A DNA stretch of 64,000 nt from an uncultured Chloroflexia bacterium (GCA_963828165.1 CAWHDR010000005.1:1-64000); one strand, 5' to 3'; positions 11,754 to 20,866 are shown, numbered from the stretch's first letter. The notes: a model not told the origin generated them from the sequence alone. Program-made: numbers and translations.

Positions 11754-12527
11754 GCCCACGATGCCCACACCGCGGGCGGTCCGTCCCACCGCTCCTCATC
11801 ACGCGACCGCCAGACCCGCTCGGCTGGCGATGCCCATGTACGTCTCCGCCCACCCGATCACCTCGTCCGCCGATGCCCCGCGGATAGGCACCGTCCTTGG
11901 TTGGAAACCTTGGCCGACCTCATAGCGGTGCAGCCCGCTGCCGTCGACCCGGCCGAGATCCTTGCCCATGTACTTGGACAGGTAGCCCGCCGCTTTGCGT
12001 GCCTCGCCCAACGTCCCCGCGCCGACCGGTAGGTCGCCGAGCAGGGTGATGTGTACGAAGCCGTGGCCCCAGGCACGACGGATGGCGGTGTAGTGGATGT
12101 ACCGGCCAAGCGCGAAATGCAGGTGAAAGCGCTCCCCGTCGGCGTGCAGCTCCGGAACCCAGACGTACGGGAACGCCTCTCCAACCTCGCGGCGCAGCCG
12201 CCGGACAAACTCGGCGACGTCGCGTCGCAGCCGTCCCGGGTCGGTGCAGAACGGAGGCCCGTACGTAAGCGTGCCAAGCCGGTTTAGGCGGTTCGCCGCG
12301 CAGTACCGGCGCACCTTCGCCCTGGCTCGACGCGCTGCGTCGGAGGCGTTGCGATCCGGGTCCGCCCCGGGTGCTCCAGGGCCCGGGTCCTCGCGCCTAA
12401 CAGATCGGAAGGAGCCGCCACCCTCGGCCGCCTCTGGGTAGAGAGCGAAGCTCCATCGGGCCTCTTTCGGGCCCACGAGTTTCGTCCCAGATTCAAGTGA
12501 AGACCGGGTACGGGGATGACGAGTCAC
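11750..12527 (-). CDS. Rolling-circle replication initiator (HUH endonuclease)
   Basis: Motif 1 GTLTY, motif 2 PELH..RFHLHF, motif 3 YLSKY; SD AGGAG/GAGGT before GTG 12527; a 1-nt indel near 11830 gives C-terminus SPAERVWRSRDEERWDGPPAVWASWA*. Confidence 0.85.
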
Positions 12528-12880
12528 ACCTCAGCTCCTGACACGCAAACGGACCCTTTCGGGTCCGTTCCGTTCAGGGCGGCTAGCTAGTCATCAGTCA
12601 GTCGACTTACACGAGGGCTGTCCCTGCGGGATAGCGTGTCCCTCGTTGCGGCGCGCCCCCGCGCTATCGGGGTTTGGCAGGCCCTAACCACCTAGACCTG
12701 CAAGCGCTGTCATTCAATCCGCTGGGCGACCCGTTCGCCGTATCCGATCCTACGCGATAGCGGCGCTTTGCTCAAGGACCGGTGCCTGGCGACGCCGGTC
12801 AATCCATCGTGCGCCGTCGGCCGCGCGTCAAGGGTCCGCGGGCTTCGCCCGCCAGGCCCATACCTGCCCTTGACCCGCTC
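12490..12880. other. Hairpin-rich non-coding region, candidate rolling-circle origin (dso/sso)
   Basis: Stems AACGGACCC-TTTC-GGGTCCGTT (~12549-12570), ACGAGGG..CCCTCGT (~12611-12646), GCGGGC-TTC-GCCCGC (12838-12852), GTCAAGGG..CCCTTGAC (12827-12874). Confidence 0.5.
12707..12730 (+). other. Degenerate cassette-site copy CTGTCATTCAATCCGCTGGGCGAC
   Basis: Left half CTGTCATTCA fits the consensus; right half divergent but ends GCGAC. Confidence 0.4.
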
Positions 12881-12940
12881 CGCCCTGCGATCGATTAGAG
12901 GTGACGCGCCGGCGGGCATGGACTCTCGGTGACGCGGACG

Positions 12941-13303
12941 CTACGGCCCGCACGGATCCTCGCCAGGGCATGAAGCATCACCACTTTCACCCCGGAGGTT
13001 CTCGGGCACATGAGCGTTCGGCGGTTCGTATGGGACCTGGCCGGTCCGCACGACCTCGTGATCCGAGGACACCTGCTCCGGCGGCCAATCACTCGGGCGC
13101 CTTGGAAGCCGTTGCACGTCGACTGACACGCCGAGCCAGTCCGAGACCGGGCCAGCCATGGGAGGGGAACGGTCGTGATGAGTCCTAGCGCTCGCCCCTT
13201 CCGCCTCGAAAACGCAGGGCGGCTGCGGGGCGCTGGACGCACTCGCCGTGGGGACAGCTCCTGCCAGCACCACAAGCAGCAGAATGCGCAATGTCCCGCT
13301 CAT
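12941..13303 (-). CDS. Hypothetical secreted protein (cassette 0)
   Basis: MSGTLRILLLVVLAGAVPTASA signal peptide; TAGGAT 9 nt upstream. Confidence 0.5.
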   Translation of the reverse strand: MSGTLRILLLVVLAGAVPTASASSAPQPPCVFEAEGASARTHHDRSPPMAGPVSDWLGVSVDVQRLPRRPSDWPPEQVSSDHEVVRTGQVPYEPPNAHVPENLRGESGDASCPGEDPCGP

Positions 13304-13495
13304 GATCGCCACATCCTAGACCCAGGCATCGCTCGCTACAACAGTCGAAAGGCGCGCGCTCTCTAGCCTCCACAGCCCATCAAGTGACTTTCCGGGACAC
13401 GTTGCGACCCTGACCGCCCTCTCGCCGCCTGCCGCCTACCGTGCGGCGCGCACGATGACGCCCACGACGCAGCCAGTGCCGTTACCCTGCCCCCA

Positions 13496-14131
13496 ATGGA
13501 ACCGCGAACCCAATCGGAGCAAACCGAGAAGGTCGCATGCGGCAGCCGCATCACCGTCCGCGCGGCCGCCTTCCGTGTGGCCGGCACGATACTGGCGTTG
13601 GCTATCGGTCTCACCGGATGCGCTTGGCCGCAATCGGGCCCGAGTACCTCACCGCCGGCGACATTGGCGGAGTTGGGGGTTCCAGCGGCGGACGCGCTGC
13701 CGCCGCTCCAAGCGGAGGCATTGGCGGATGGCGCCGTTACGCGGGAGGAGTACGCACAGGGGTTCGCCGCATTTGCCCGATGCGCCGACGACCGGGGAGA
13801 CCCGTTGGATGTGATGGGAATCGACCCTTCGACGGGATTGGTCCGGTACGGCACCACGCAGCTGTTGGGTGTCCCTGGCAAGCCTGGTGGCGGGCCACAA
13901 GGAGGATGTTACGAGGAGACCTTCTCCTGGATCGAGTTGGTGTTCCAGGTAAGCGACCCGGCAGTCCTGGAAAAAGGCTACGCCGACCAGGACGCGCTGT
14001 ATGCGGCGGAGGGAGCGGCTTGCCTGGCGCGAAACGGGATCGATGCGCCCTCCGAGGTGGACACCCGCACACCAGAGGGACTCGAGTGGCTCGGCCGATA
14101 CGCTGAGCTCGCCTCCGATCAGAAGTGCTGA
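13496..14131 (+). CDS. Cassette 1: putative lipoprotein
   Basis: ILALAIGLTGC lipobox; QAEALADGAVTREEY; several Cys. Confidence 0.75.
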   Translation: MEPRTQSEQTEKVACGSRITVRAAAFRVAGTILALAIGLTGCAWPQSGPSTSPPATLAELGVPAADALPPLQAEALADGAVTREEYAQGFAAFARCADDRGDPLDVMGIDPSTGLVRYGTTQLLGVPGKPGGGPQGGCYEETFSWIELVFQVSDPAVLEKGYADQDALYAAEGAACLARNGIDAPSEVDTRTPEGLEWLGRYAELASDQKC

Positions 14132-14298
14132 TGGCAGCGGGGGTCGTCGTTCGTGCCAACCATCGTCTGGTGTCATTGGCGCACGCTTTGCGACGCTTCC
14201 GTGGTCTACACGGGAAGGTGACGACGATCACTCGGGCTCCGATTCGGGCCAGCCGGGCGCGCCTTGACATGGATTCCGCACGCCGGCAGGCGCGTGGC

Positions 14299-14712
14299 TC
14301 ATGTCATCGCAAACAGTTCCCCGGTGTATGAGCGGCTGACCCAGAATCCGAGCGCTTCGAGGGCGGCCTCCAGTTCGTCGAGCTCTGCAAGGGTGTCCGC
14401 TGACGGAAACAGGACTCCGTAGATCCTCAGAGCGTCGACGTCCGTCTCGATCCGTCCGCCGAGCGGTTCGATGGCGCGTTCGAGGTCCGCGCGAGATTTG
14501 CCGCCGAAACGCGCGCCGGTCATGACGATGAGCGTACCTCGGGCCATGCAATCGCCTTCGGAATCGAGCATGAACTCTGGCGCCGGACAATCCGCGTCGA
14601 CCACCACATGAGGCCAGCTCGTCGGGCCGAGGGTCACGAGGCTGACGGAGAGGACCACGAGCACAGCCAGGAGCCACGGCGACCTGCCACCGTGCGCGAC
14701 GTGGCGAGGCAT
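14299..14712 (-). CDS. Cassette 2: hypothetical membrane-anchored or secreted protein (reverse orientation)
   Basis: WLLAVLVVLSVSLVTLG hydrophobic stretch followed by a globular domain; start uncertain. Confidence 0.65.
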   Translation of the reverse strand: MPRHVAHGGRSPWLLAVLVVLSVSLVTLGPTSWPHVVVDADCPAPEFMLDSEGDCMARGTLIVMTGARFGGKSRADLERAIEPLGGRIETDVDALRIYGVLFPSADTLAELDELEAALEALGFWVSRSYTGELFAMT

Positions 14713-14917
14713 CCTGTCAGACGGTCTTGTAGCGGGCGGGGGCATCCCGGTCCTTCGATCTCGGAGCGCTACCGTTGAGCATGAGTCGAAGAGCCCCCAC
14801 ATGCAACGACCCACCGCGATGCCTGGTGCGAGCAGGCACGCGTACACACTACTTCTCCATCTTCGTCAGGTGACATTCCCGCACGCAGTGCGACCGTGCG
14901 GTGATACGGTCAGGCAG

Positions 14918-15196
14918 ATGGGAGCGACGACCGAGCGCTTGGACTGGCCGCACGTCTATCGCGTCACTCTGCAGGGACTCAATGGAGAGGCCCGCGCGCA
15001 GACCGTGCTCACATTCTTCGGCGAGTTGAAGGCCGTCGCGATGGTCGTCCAGGGGCACTCGACCGGTTGGCTGGGACCGAAGAGGACGTGGCCGGTCTAC
15101 GCCGTCGAGGTGGACGACCTTGGACCGGCGCCGAAGAACAAGGACGGCACGGTTGGCTGCCCTAAGGGTTGCTGGGACGATCGAAGCGAGTTCTAG
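14918..15196 (+). CDS. Cassette 3: hypothetical protein
   Basis: 92 aa ORF filling the inter-site interval; TACGGT 7 nt before ATG. Confidence 0.7.
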   Translation: MGATTERLDWPHVYRVTLQGLNGEARAQTVLTFFGELKAVAMVVQGHSTGWLGPKRTWPVYAVEVDDLGPAPKNKDGTVGCPKGCWDDRSEF

Positions 15197-15312
15197 GTCA
15201 GGGGCGCTGCAGACCCCCACCCGACGGCGACGATGCCGCAGGCCTCGGTCAAGGGTCATTGGCGGACACTGTGCGACGCGGGCGATACCATCCCGCAGAC
15301 GTAGGAGTAGCG

Positions 15313-15999
15313 TTGACTGACCACGCGCGCGCATATGTTGCCGCTCTCCTTGATGCATGGCAGGCGGGTACGAAGCGACCCCAGGATGTGTTCCGAGACG
15401 CCCGGGCGTCCTGGCTCTCCGGAGCCTGGCCGAAGGCGTCTCAGCCCGGCCACGACGCGATCGGCATGGCAGTCCTCTACATCCTTGCGACCGCCCGTGA
15501 TGCGGGACTGACCGACGGGGATATTCCCCATCTGCGTGCCTATCTGGCCGCGCGCGATCCGGCGAAGGCACAGGAGCAGTTCTTCGCCCACTGGGAGGCG
15601 ACCGGAACGGCGGTCCGCGAGGCTGCGAGCCGGCGCGAGGACTACTACGGACCGGCGCCGACGGATGGCGTGGACGACATGGAGTTCACGTTCTCCGACC
15701 CCGACGACCGCCGACTGCATCAACTGGTGCGAGAGGACCCCGAGACGGCTTGGCCCGATGTCCGAGCACGCCTCTGTGCGGCGCCGCCTCGGGACGAACT
15801 CTTTCTACACGACCTTGTCGAGGACCTGATGTTCAACGACCCGGACCGGTTCATCGACCGCATCGAGGCCCTCGCGGGGCAGTGCCCCGCGGCACGCGAG
15901 CCTATCGCGCGTGCGTATGTCGGTGGCCGTGCGAGCTCACCCGGTCTCGAGCGCTTCTGGACCCTTCAGGAACGGCTCGGTGGCTGGGGATCGGGGTAA
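15313..15999 (+). CDS. Cassette 4: two-domain hypothetical protein, C-terminal domain DUF6869-like
   Basis: SD AGGAG before TTG; EDPETAW...LVEDLM..DPDRFIDRIE; family name is from memory. Confidence 0.7.
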   Translation: MTDHARAYVAALLDAWQAGTKRPQDVFRDARASWLSGAWPKASQPGHDAIGMAVLYILATARDAGLTDGDIPHLRAYLAARDPAKAQEQFFAHWEATGTAVREAASRREDYYGPAPTDGVDDMEFTFSDPDDRRLHQLVREDPETAWPDVRARLCAAPPRDELFLHDLVEDLMFNDPDRFIDRIEALAGQCPAAREPIARAYVGGRASSPGLERFWTLQERLGGWGSG

Positions 16000-16044
16000 G
16001 CCCTCGGGTGACATTCCCGGACACTTTGCGAAGTTGCCGACTTG

Positions 16045-16431
16045 TTACGGCGAACTCGGGGCGCTGAACGACGGGCCGACGACGACCGGCCGCTCGGGAA
16101 CGACCCCCGGGTCGACACCCAACGGGACGAATCCTCGCCCCGGCACGTCATGGCCGATGATCGTCTCAAGGTTGTCCGCGTAGACCGGGATCGGGTCGCA
16201 CTGCGGCCCGCGGCAGCGTTGCTCGGACTCGAGCAGGAACGACTTCGGAACCCAGCCGATGATCCGATCGGTGCGGCCGACGTATGCGATGAAGTCGGGA
16301 ACCGCGCTCGGATCGACCTCCCCCTCGGCGTTCGCTGGCGGCATCGTTCCGCGGGAGGGACCGAGATGACATGCCGACGAGCCAAGGAGGATGATCATGA
16401 GCCCGACCGCCATCGTCACCCAACGCGCCAT
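16045..16431 (-). CDS. Cassette 5: putative lipoprotein (reverse orientation)
   Basis: MIILLGSSAC lipobox-like; VPDFIAY..IIGWVPK..IPVYADNLETIIGH; TAGAGT 7 nt before ATG. Confidence 0.75.
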   Translation of the reverse strand: MARWVTMAVGLMIILLGSSACHLGPSRGTMPPANAEGEVDPSAVPDFIAYVGRTDRIIGWVPKSFLLESEQRCRGPQCDPIPVYADNLETIIGHDVPGRGFVPLGVDPGVVPERPVVVGPSFSAPSSP

Positions 16432-16554
16432 GCCGCGGACTCTAGCAGCGCACGCGGGGCTCCCTGAATGCCACCATCCCCTGGTGTCATTCACGAACAC
16501 TTTGCGACGCACTCATCCATCCGCTGGCCGCCGTCCGGGCCTATCCTCGGCGGT

Positions 16555-17067
16555 ATGCCGATAGTCCTCGCCAACGAAGACGGGTCGTACGTCGAACCAG
16601 TCAAGACATCGCGGGTCAGCTTGGTAGTGCTCTCCGATGAGTTGCGCCCGCAGCAGATCACGGCTGCGTTGGGCCTCCAGCCGGACGAATGGGCGTTGCG
16701 CGGCGAGTTGGAGTCACACCCGCCCGGACGGTGGAAACGGAGCCGCCCGCATCCGCACCACACTTGGAAGCTGGCATCCCGGCTTCCCGAAAGCGCCGAG
16801 CCGGAGGCCCACCTCGCCGACGTCCTTGACCGTCTCGGCTCTGCTGCCGATCGCGTCGCGGACCTCAAATCGGACCTCCGAATCCACAGCGTTCGCCTGT
16901 GGCTCTTCTTGCAGATCGACAACGAGAACCCCGGTATCGGGCTCGATGCGACCCTCCTTAGTCGCCTGGCCGAGCTTGGCACGGGCCTCGACATCGACGT
17001 CTACGTCGACCTCGCCGACGCCGGGCAGTCTGACGCGACCGCCACTGACACTGTCGCGACCGAGTGA
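16555..17067 (+). CDS. Cassette 6: DUF4279-like protein
   Basis: ITAALGLQPD...HTWKL...LLSRLAELGTGLDIDVY pattern; stop TGA lies inside the next repeat. Confidence 0.75.
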   Translation: MPIVLANEDGSYVEPVKTSRVSLVVLSDELRPQQITAALGLQPDEWALRGELESHPPGRWKRSRPHPHHTWKLASRLPESAEPEAHLADVLDRLGSAADRVADLKSDLRIHSVRLWLFLQIDNENPGIGLDATLLSRLAELGTGLDIDVYVDLADAGQSDATATDTVATE

Positions 17068-17254
17068 CATTCGCGAACACTATGTGAGGCCACGAACCAG
17101 TCACACCCTCGGGCGGGTCAGACCCGTCTCACCTTGTCTGACCCGTCTCGACGGGCCTGAGCAGGTGCGGAGCCGGCGAGTTCTTCGACCGCGGATGGAC
17201 CATCCACTCGACGTTGACCGAGGATCGATGAGCTCCGGCGAGTATGCTCGGGGC

Positions 17255-17686
17255 ATGGATCGACTCGAGGTTCGCCTCGTACCGCACAAAGAGAAGAACG
17301 ATGCGAGGTGGGTTGCGGTTGACCTCCTTGTCAACGGCGAGAACCTGAAGGCTTTGGTCAAGTCTTACGAACAGGCCCGTCGCTACAAGCCGGCCGGCGG
17401 CTATGACTCCATCTCACTCGATGGGCTTCTGCCGGCGGCGGCTCGCCGCGCAGGGTCGTCGGACGACTGGCCCGAAGACGGCGAGACTGTCCTCCTAGTC
17501 TGCAAGAGTTGCCGGGAGGAGGGCTCCTGGCCGATCCTCGCCCGCGTGACCCTCTTTGAGGATCTCGTTGAATGGTCCGCCTTCGGTCAACCGACCTACC
17601 CGGAGCGCGACTACACGGGCCTCCACTTCACCTTCGATCGCCGGCAGTACGACGGTGAGATCCGTCGGGCATTCGGCCAGCCGTAA
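17255..17686 (+). CDS. Cassette 7: hypothetical protein
   Basis: LLVCKSCREEGSWPILARV..VEWSAF..FTFDRRQY; TATGCT 6 nt before ATG. Confidence 0.75.
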   Translation: MDRLEVRLVPHKEKNDARWVAVDLLVNGENLKALVKSYEQARRYKPAGGYDSISLDGLLPAAARRAGSSDDWPEDGETVLLVCKSCREEGSWPILARVTLFEDLVEWSAFGQPTYPERDYTGLHFTFDRRQYDGEIRRAFGQP

Positions 17687-17832
17687 CATCACTCGGGCCG
17701 TCGACCGCGGAACTCACGCGGATTCGTAGCGACGAGCCACGATGATCGTTCCCTTGACCAAGTGACATTGACGCACGCGTTGCGACGCGTCGACTATGTC
17801 GCCATCACTCACTGGCCAATAACATCCTGAAC

Positions 17833-18390
17833 GTGCCCTTCCGCGTCGCAACTACCGCCGCCCTCGCGTTCCTGCTCGTCACGGGATGCGCGGCGTTTTC
17901 GGCGCGGGAGGCGACGGTTGAACCGAGTGACTCCATCGGGATCATCAACGGCTTCTTACTTGCCACTGCCGCTGAAGCCCGAGCGATGGCCTTCGAGGAG
18001 ATCCCACTCCCCGCGGATGTTCCATCCGTGGAGTGGAAGAACATGGACCCCGTGAAGCTCGCCACCTTGGAGTCGATCCTCACAGGCGTTCCCTACGACG
18101 AGGTCATGGATCAAGGCGGAATGGACGCGATTTACGTCGGCGGCCAGGATGGGCCGTTCGCTTTTGGCGTTCGCACCGATCTCAGGGACGCCCTGGCGGC
18201 GACGCCATCGGATAAGTTGCATGACGTCTCGGCAGCTTGGCTTCAAACCGAGGAGTGGCAGATGCAGTACGGCGGCAAGGTGCGCGAGTCGGACATTGCA
18301 GAGGTTGCGAGCTTATTGGGCGAAGTGGTGACGCTGGCTGCGAGGGCGCGCGACACAGGAGCCAACCTCTACATTCTGGCAACCCTCTAG
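17833..18390 (+). CDS. Cassette 8: putative lipoprotein
   Basis: LAFLLVTGC lipobox; DPVKLATLESILTG..AAWLQTEEW..LAARARDTGANLY. Confidence 0.75.
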   Translation: MPFRVATTAALAFLLVTGCAAFSAREATVEPSDSIGIINGFLLATAAEARAMAFEEIPLPADVPSVEWKNMDPVKLATLESILTGVPYDEVMDQGGMDAIYVGGQDGPFAFGVRTDLRDALAATPSDKLHDVSAAWLQTEEWQMQYGGKVRESDIAEVASLLGEVVTLAARARDTGANLYILATL

Positions 18391-18446
18391 CCACCGGGTG
18401 TCATTGGCGGACACTAAGCGGCTTGAGGGACCAGTATCCTCGTGCC

Positions 18447-18665
18447 GTGACACTCTCGATGTTCCTGGCGATGCTCGACGAGCGACGCGTCGCTTACCGA
18501 CTCGATCGGGTCCGAGACTCGATCATGGTTGCCGTCGCCACCCCTGGCTCCCGATGGGAAGTCGAGTTCATGGACGGGGGAACCGTGGAGGTCGAGCGCT
18601 TCCGCAGTGACGGAACGATCGGGGACGAGCGAGCCATCGAGAAAATGCTCGCGGAGCTGGAGTAG
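18447..18665 (+). CDS. Cassette 9: small hypothetical protein
   Basis: DSIMVAVATPGSRWEVEFMDGGTVEVERFRSDG; TATCCT 6 nt before GTG. Confidence 0.75.
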   Translation: MTLSMFLAMLDERRVAYRLDRVRDSIMVAVATPGSRWEVEFMDGGTVEVERFRSDGTIGDERAIEKMLAELE

Positions 18666-18727
18666 CAGCTCCGTTCTGGTGACATTCCCGGACCCTTTGC
18701 GACCTCGCCGACCTGTAGTCTCGTTGG

Positions 18728-19145
18728 GTGGATGACCGAGCCCGAGCACATCAGATCGCTGAGTCGATTCCCGTGAAGCAGCGTGCGGCGTAGGTCGCGA
18801 AGGTTCTCGCTGCCGCCACCGACGCCTGGAACTGCCGCCCGATGTCCACCTGTTGACAGACCCTGACCTCGACTTTGTCAAAGCTGCGAACATCTTCCAC
18901 CGATTGCGCACCCTGACCTTGGACGTGGAGCGTGGCGCCAGGACGGACTTCGTTACCTCGTCCTGATGGCTGGAGAGAACGCTGCCAAGGTCGTGGCGGA
19001 CCCATGGGGCGAACGCTTCAACCCCGACTCAGCGGGTTGGTTTTGGCTGTGCGTTGAGGACCTTCTCGCAATCAGATCGATCGACTCGTTGACCCGCATC
19101 GTGACGCCGATGTTGGCCGAGGTCGTGGGCAGTCGGACCGGGTGA
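18728..19145 (+). pseudogene. Cassette 10: disrupted hypothetical gene
   Basis: GTG start behind TAGTCT, in-frame TAG after 21 codons plus frameshifts; 3' frame LVLMAGENAAKVVADPWGERFNPDSAGWFW ends at TGA inside the repeat at 19142. Confidence 0.55.
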
Positions 19146-19189
19146 CATTCCCGGACACTGTGCGACCACGCGGCCTGTACCCTCGTGAG

Positions 19190-19516
19190 GTGGAAGCAGA
19201 GAATGCCGATCAGTCCTGGGCCGTGATGCTCGCCTTCGTTGCGGAACACGGTGACAGCCTCGAGGCTGCCGCGCTCGTCGAAGACTTCATCGATCAACAC
19301 GCCGATGCATTCGCTCCTCGGATCGAAGAACAGGCGTGGAAGGATCCCTCCTTTGCAGCGCTCGTCGCCAACGCTCACCTGGGCGACATTTCCGGTCCAG
19401 GCGTTGGGCGGGTGGCTCGACTTCAGGATGCCCTGTTCGAGCGCGGCGACGTCGGCACCCGGTGGCGGGGCTGGATGCCTCTTGCGCCTGATCAGATCCC
19501 GCGAGACGACTCGTAG
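19190..19516 (+). CDS. Cassette 11: DUF6869-like protein, related to the C-terminal domain of cassette 4
   Basis: SWAVML..LVEDFIDQHADAFAPRIEEQAWKDPSF; TACCCT 6 nt before GTG. Confidence 0.7.
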   Translation: MEAENADQSWAVMLAFVAEHGDSLEAAALVEDFIDQHADAFAPRIEEQAWKDPSFAALVANAHLGDISGPGVGRVARLQDALFERGDVGTRWRGWMPLAPDQIPRDDS

Positions 19517-19598
19517 GCTTCGCCGCTGCTCAGGCGTCATTGGCGAACACAATGCGACCGAGGCATTTACTGCCCGGATGCGACGACAATGGGACGTC

Positions 19599-19919
19599 AT
19601 GGGCATTTCCGTCGTCGTCACCAAGGACGTGTTAGAGCCACTTCCCGATGGCCGGACATCGTTCGGCATACGTGACCCGGCCGCCCGCGCGTTGTGGCGG
19701 CAACCGGACGGCACGCTTTCCGGAGGAATAGATCCGGTGGGGATGACCGTGTTCAACCGAGGCCAAGTGTCGCGACTACTCCAGGAGTTCCGGGTTCTCG
19801 TCGCGCAGTCGGACGAGCGAACTCGTCAAGACCTGGAAGACGCCGCCGCCTTCATCGAGTCCGAGATGGCCGCGATCGGTGCGGGTCTCGAGTGCTACGT
19901 CGTATTCCTCGGAGACTGA
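19599..19919 (+). CDS. Cassette 12: hypothetical protein
   Basis: LSGGIDPVGMTVFNRGQVSRLLQE...YVVFLGD* pattern; alternative start 19578. Confidence 0.72.
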   Translation: MGISVVVTKDVLEPLPDGRTSFGIRDPAARALWRQPDGTLSGGIDPVGMTVFNRGQVSRLLQEFRVLVAQSDERTRQDLEDAAAFIESEMAAIGAGLECYVVFLGD

Positions 19920-19999
19920 TCGGCAAAGACTTTCAGGTGACATTCCGCACGCTTTGCGACATCCTGATCCCGTCGCCCGAGCGTTTCCCGCCTTTCCGG

Positions 20000-20482
20000 A
20001 TGCGGCTGGGCATCAAGTATCGTCAACCAATCAAAGCTGCCTTCCTTTGCTCGATCCTCATGTTCCTCTTGGCTGGCTGCGTCAGCGGGCCAAAGGCTGA
20101 CGAGCTGCGTGCCGATCCGGTGTTGGAAGTCACCTACCCCGACGACATCGAACTGGCGACCGATGCAGGAGACCCGGGGTGGGCACTCACCCACAACTAC
20201 TCTGGACATGTCACACGTCTCATGGCGTCGCAAGCCTCGCAACCCGACGTTCTCGCCTTTTACGGCGAGTCCTACGAGTCCGCCGGATGGCTGCCGACAG
20301 ACGGGTATCTGTCTGGGGACTGCTCCGGCTTTGCGGATACCCACTGGCAGAAGGGCGACCTAGAACTCAGCATCGGTTGGGTGGAAGAGTTGCCCTTCTA
20401 TCCCTGCGGCCTGACAGAGGAAGAACTCGCCCAGTACGTCACGGTCTACGAGATCACGATGCGATCCACGCGGCCCGAGTAG
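20000..20482 (+). CDS. Cassette 13: putative lipoprotein
   Basis: ILMFLLAGC lipobox; DVLAFYGESYESAGW. Confidence 0.75.
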   Translation: MRLGIKYRQPIKAAFLCSILMFLLAGCVSGPKADELRADPVLEVTYPDDIELATDAGDPGWALTHNYSGHVTRLMASQASQPDVLAFYGESYESAGWLPTDGYLSGDCSGFADTHWQKGDLELSIGWVEELPFYPCGLTEEELAQYVTVYEITMRSTRPE

Positions 20483-20542
20483 GCGCGAGCCAGGTGACAT
20501 TGACGCACGCTTTGCGACCGGTCGGCTCTGTACTCTGATGGA

Positions 20543-20857
20543 ATGCCAACGCGTCCGTGGTGGTTACGCCGGCCCACACCCGCACTTGCACGCGAGCGCC
20601 TCGCAGCAGGGTTTTGTCCGGGATGTGGTTCTAGCGATCACATTCCGATTCACTACGACGTGATGAGCCCCGACTACCGCGCGGCACAGCGCGGCGCGTT
20701 CATTGAGCGGCACGTCGGCGCTCCGGGTCCGAATCGAAGCTGCCGCAATTGCGGCTTCGCTTCACCATCCTGGCCTGTCCGAACGCTGGAAGCGGGTGTC
20801 ATTGGCGGACACTGTGCGAACGTGGCGCGCCCTCACAAGGCGCTCGTCGGCGAGTAG
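20543..20857 (+). CDS. Cassette 14: small zinc-ribbon protein that reads through the downstream site
   Basis: CPGCGS..IPIHY..CRNCG; TACTCT 6 nt before ATG; no stop before the site at 20796. Confidence 0.65.
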   Translation: MPTRPWWLRRPTPALARERLAAGFCPGCGSSDHIPIHYDVMSPDYRAAQRGAFIERHVGAPGPNRSCRNCGFASPSWPVRTLEAGVIGGHCANVARPHKALVGE

Positions 20858-20866
20858 AGTCGCTCG

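Noticed and set aside
12550-12605. Hammerhead-like CTGATGA...GAAA on the minus strand
   Set aside because: The GAAA is the tetraloop of a separate hairpin; stems II and III of a hammerhead cannot be formed
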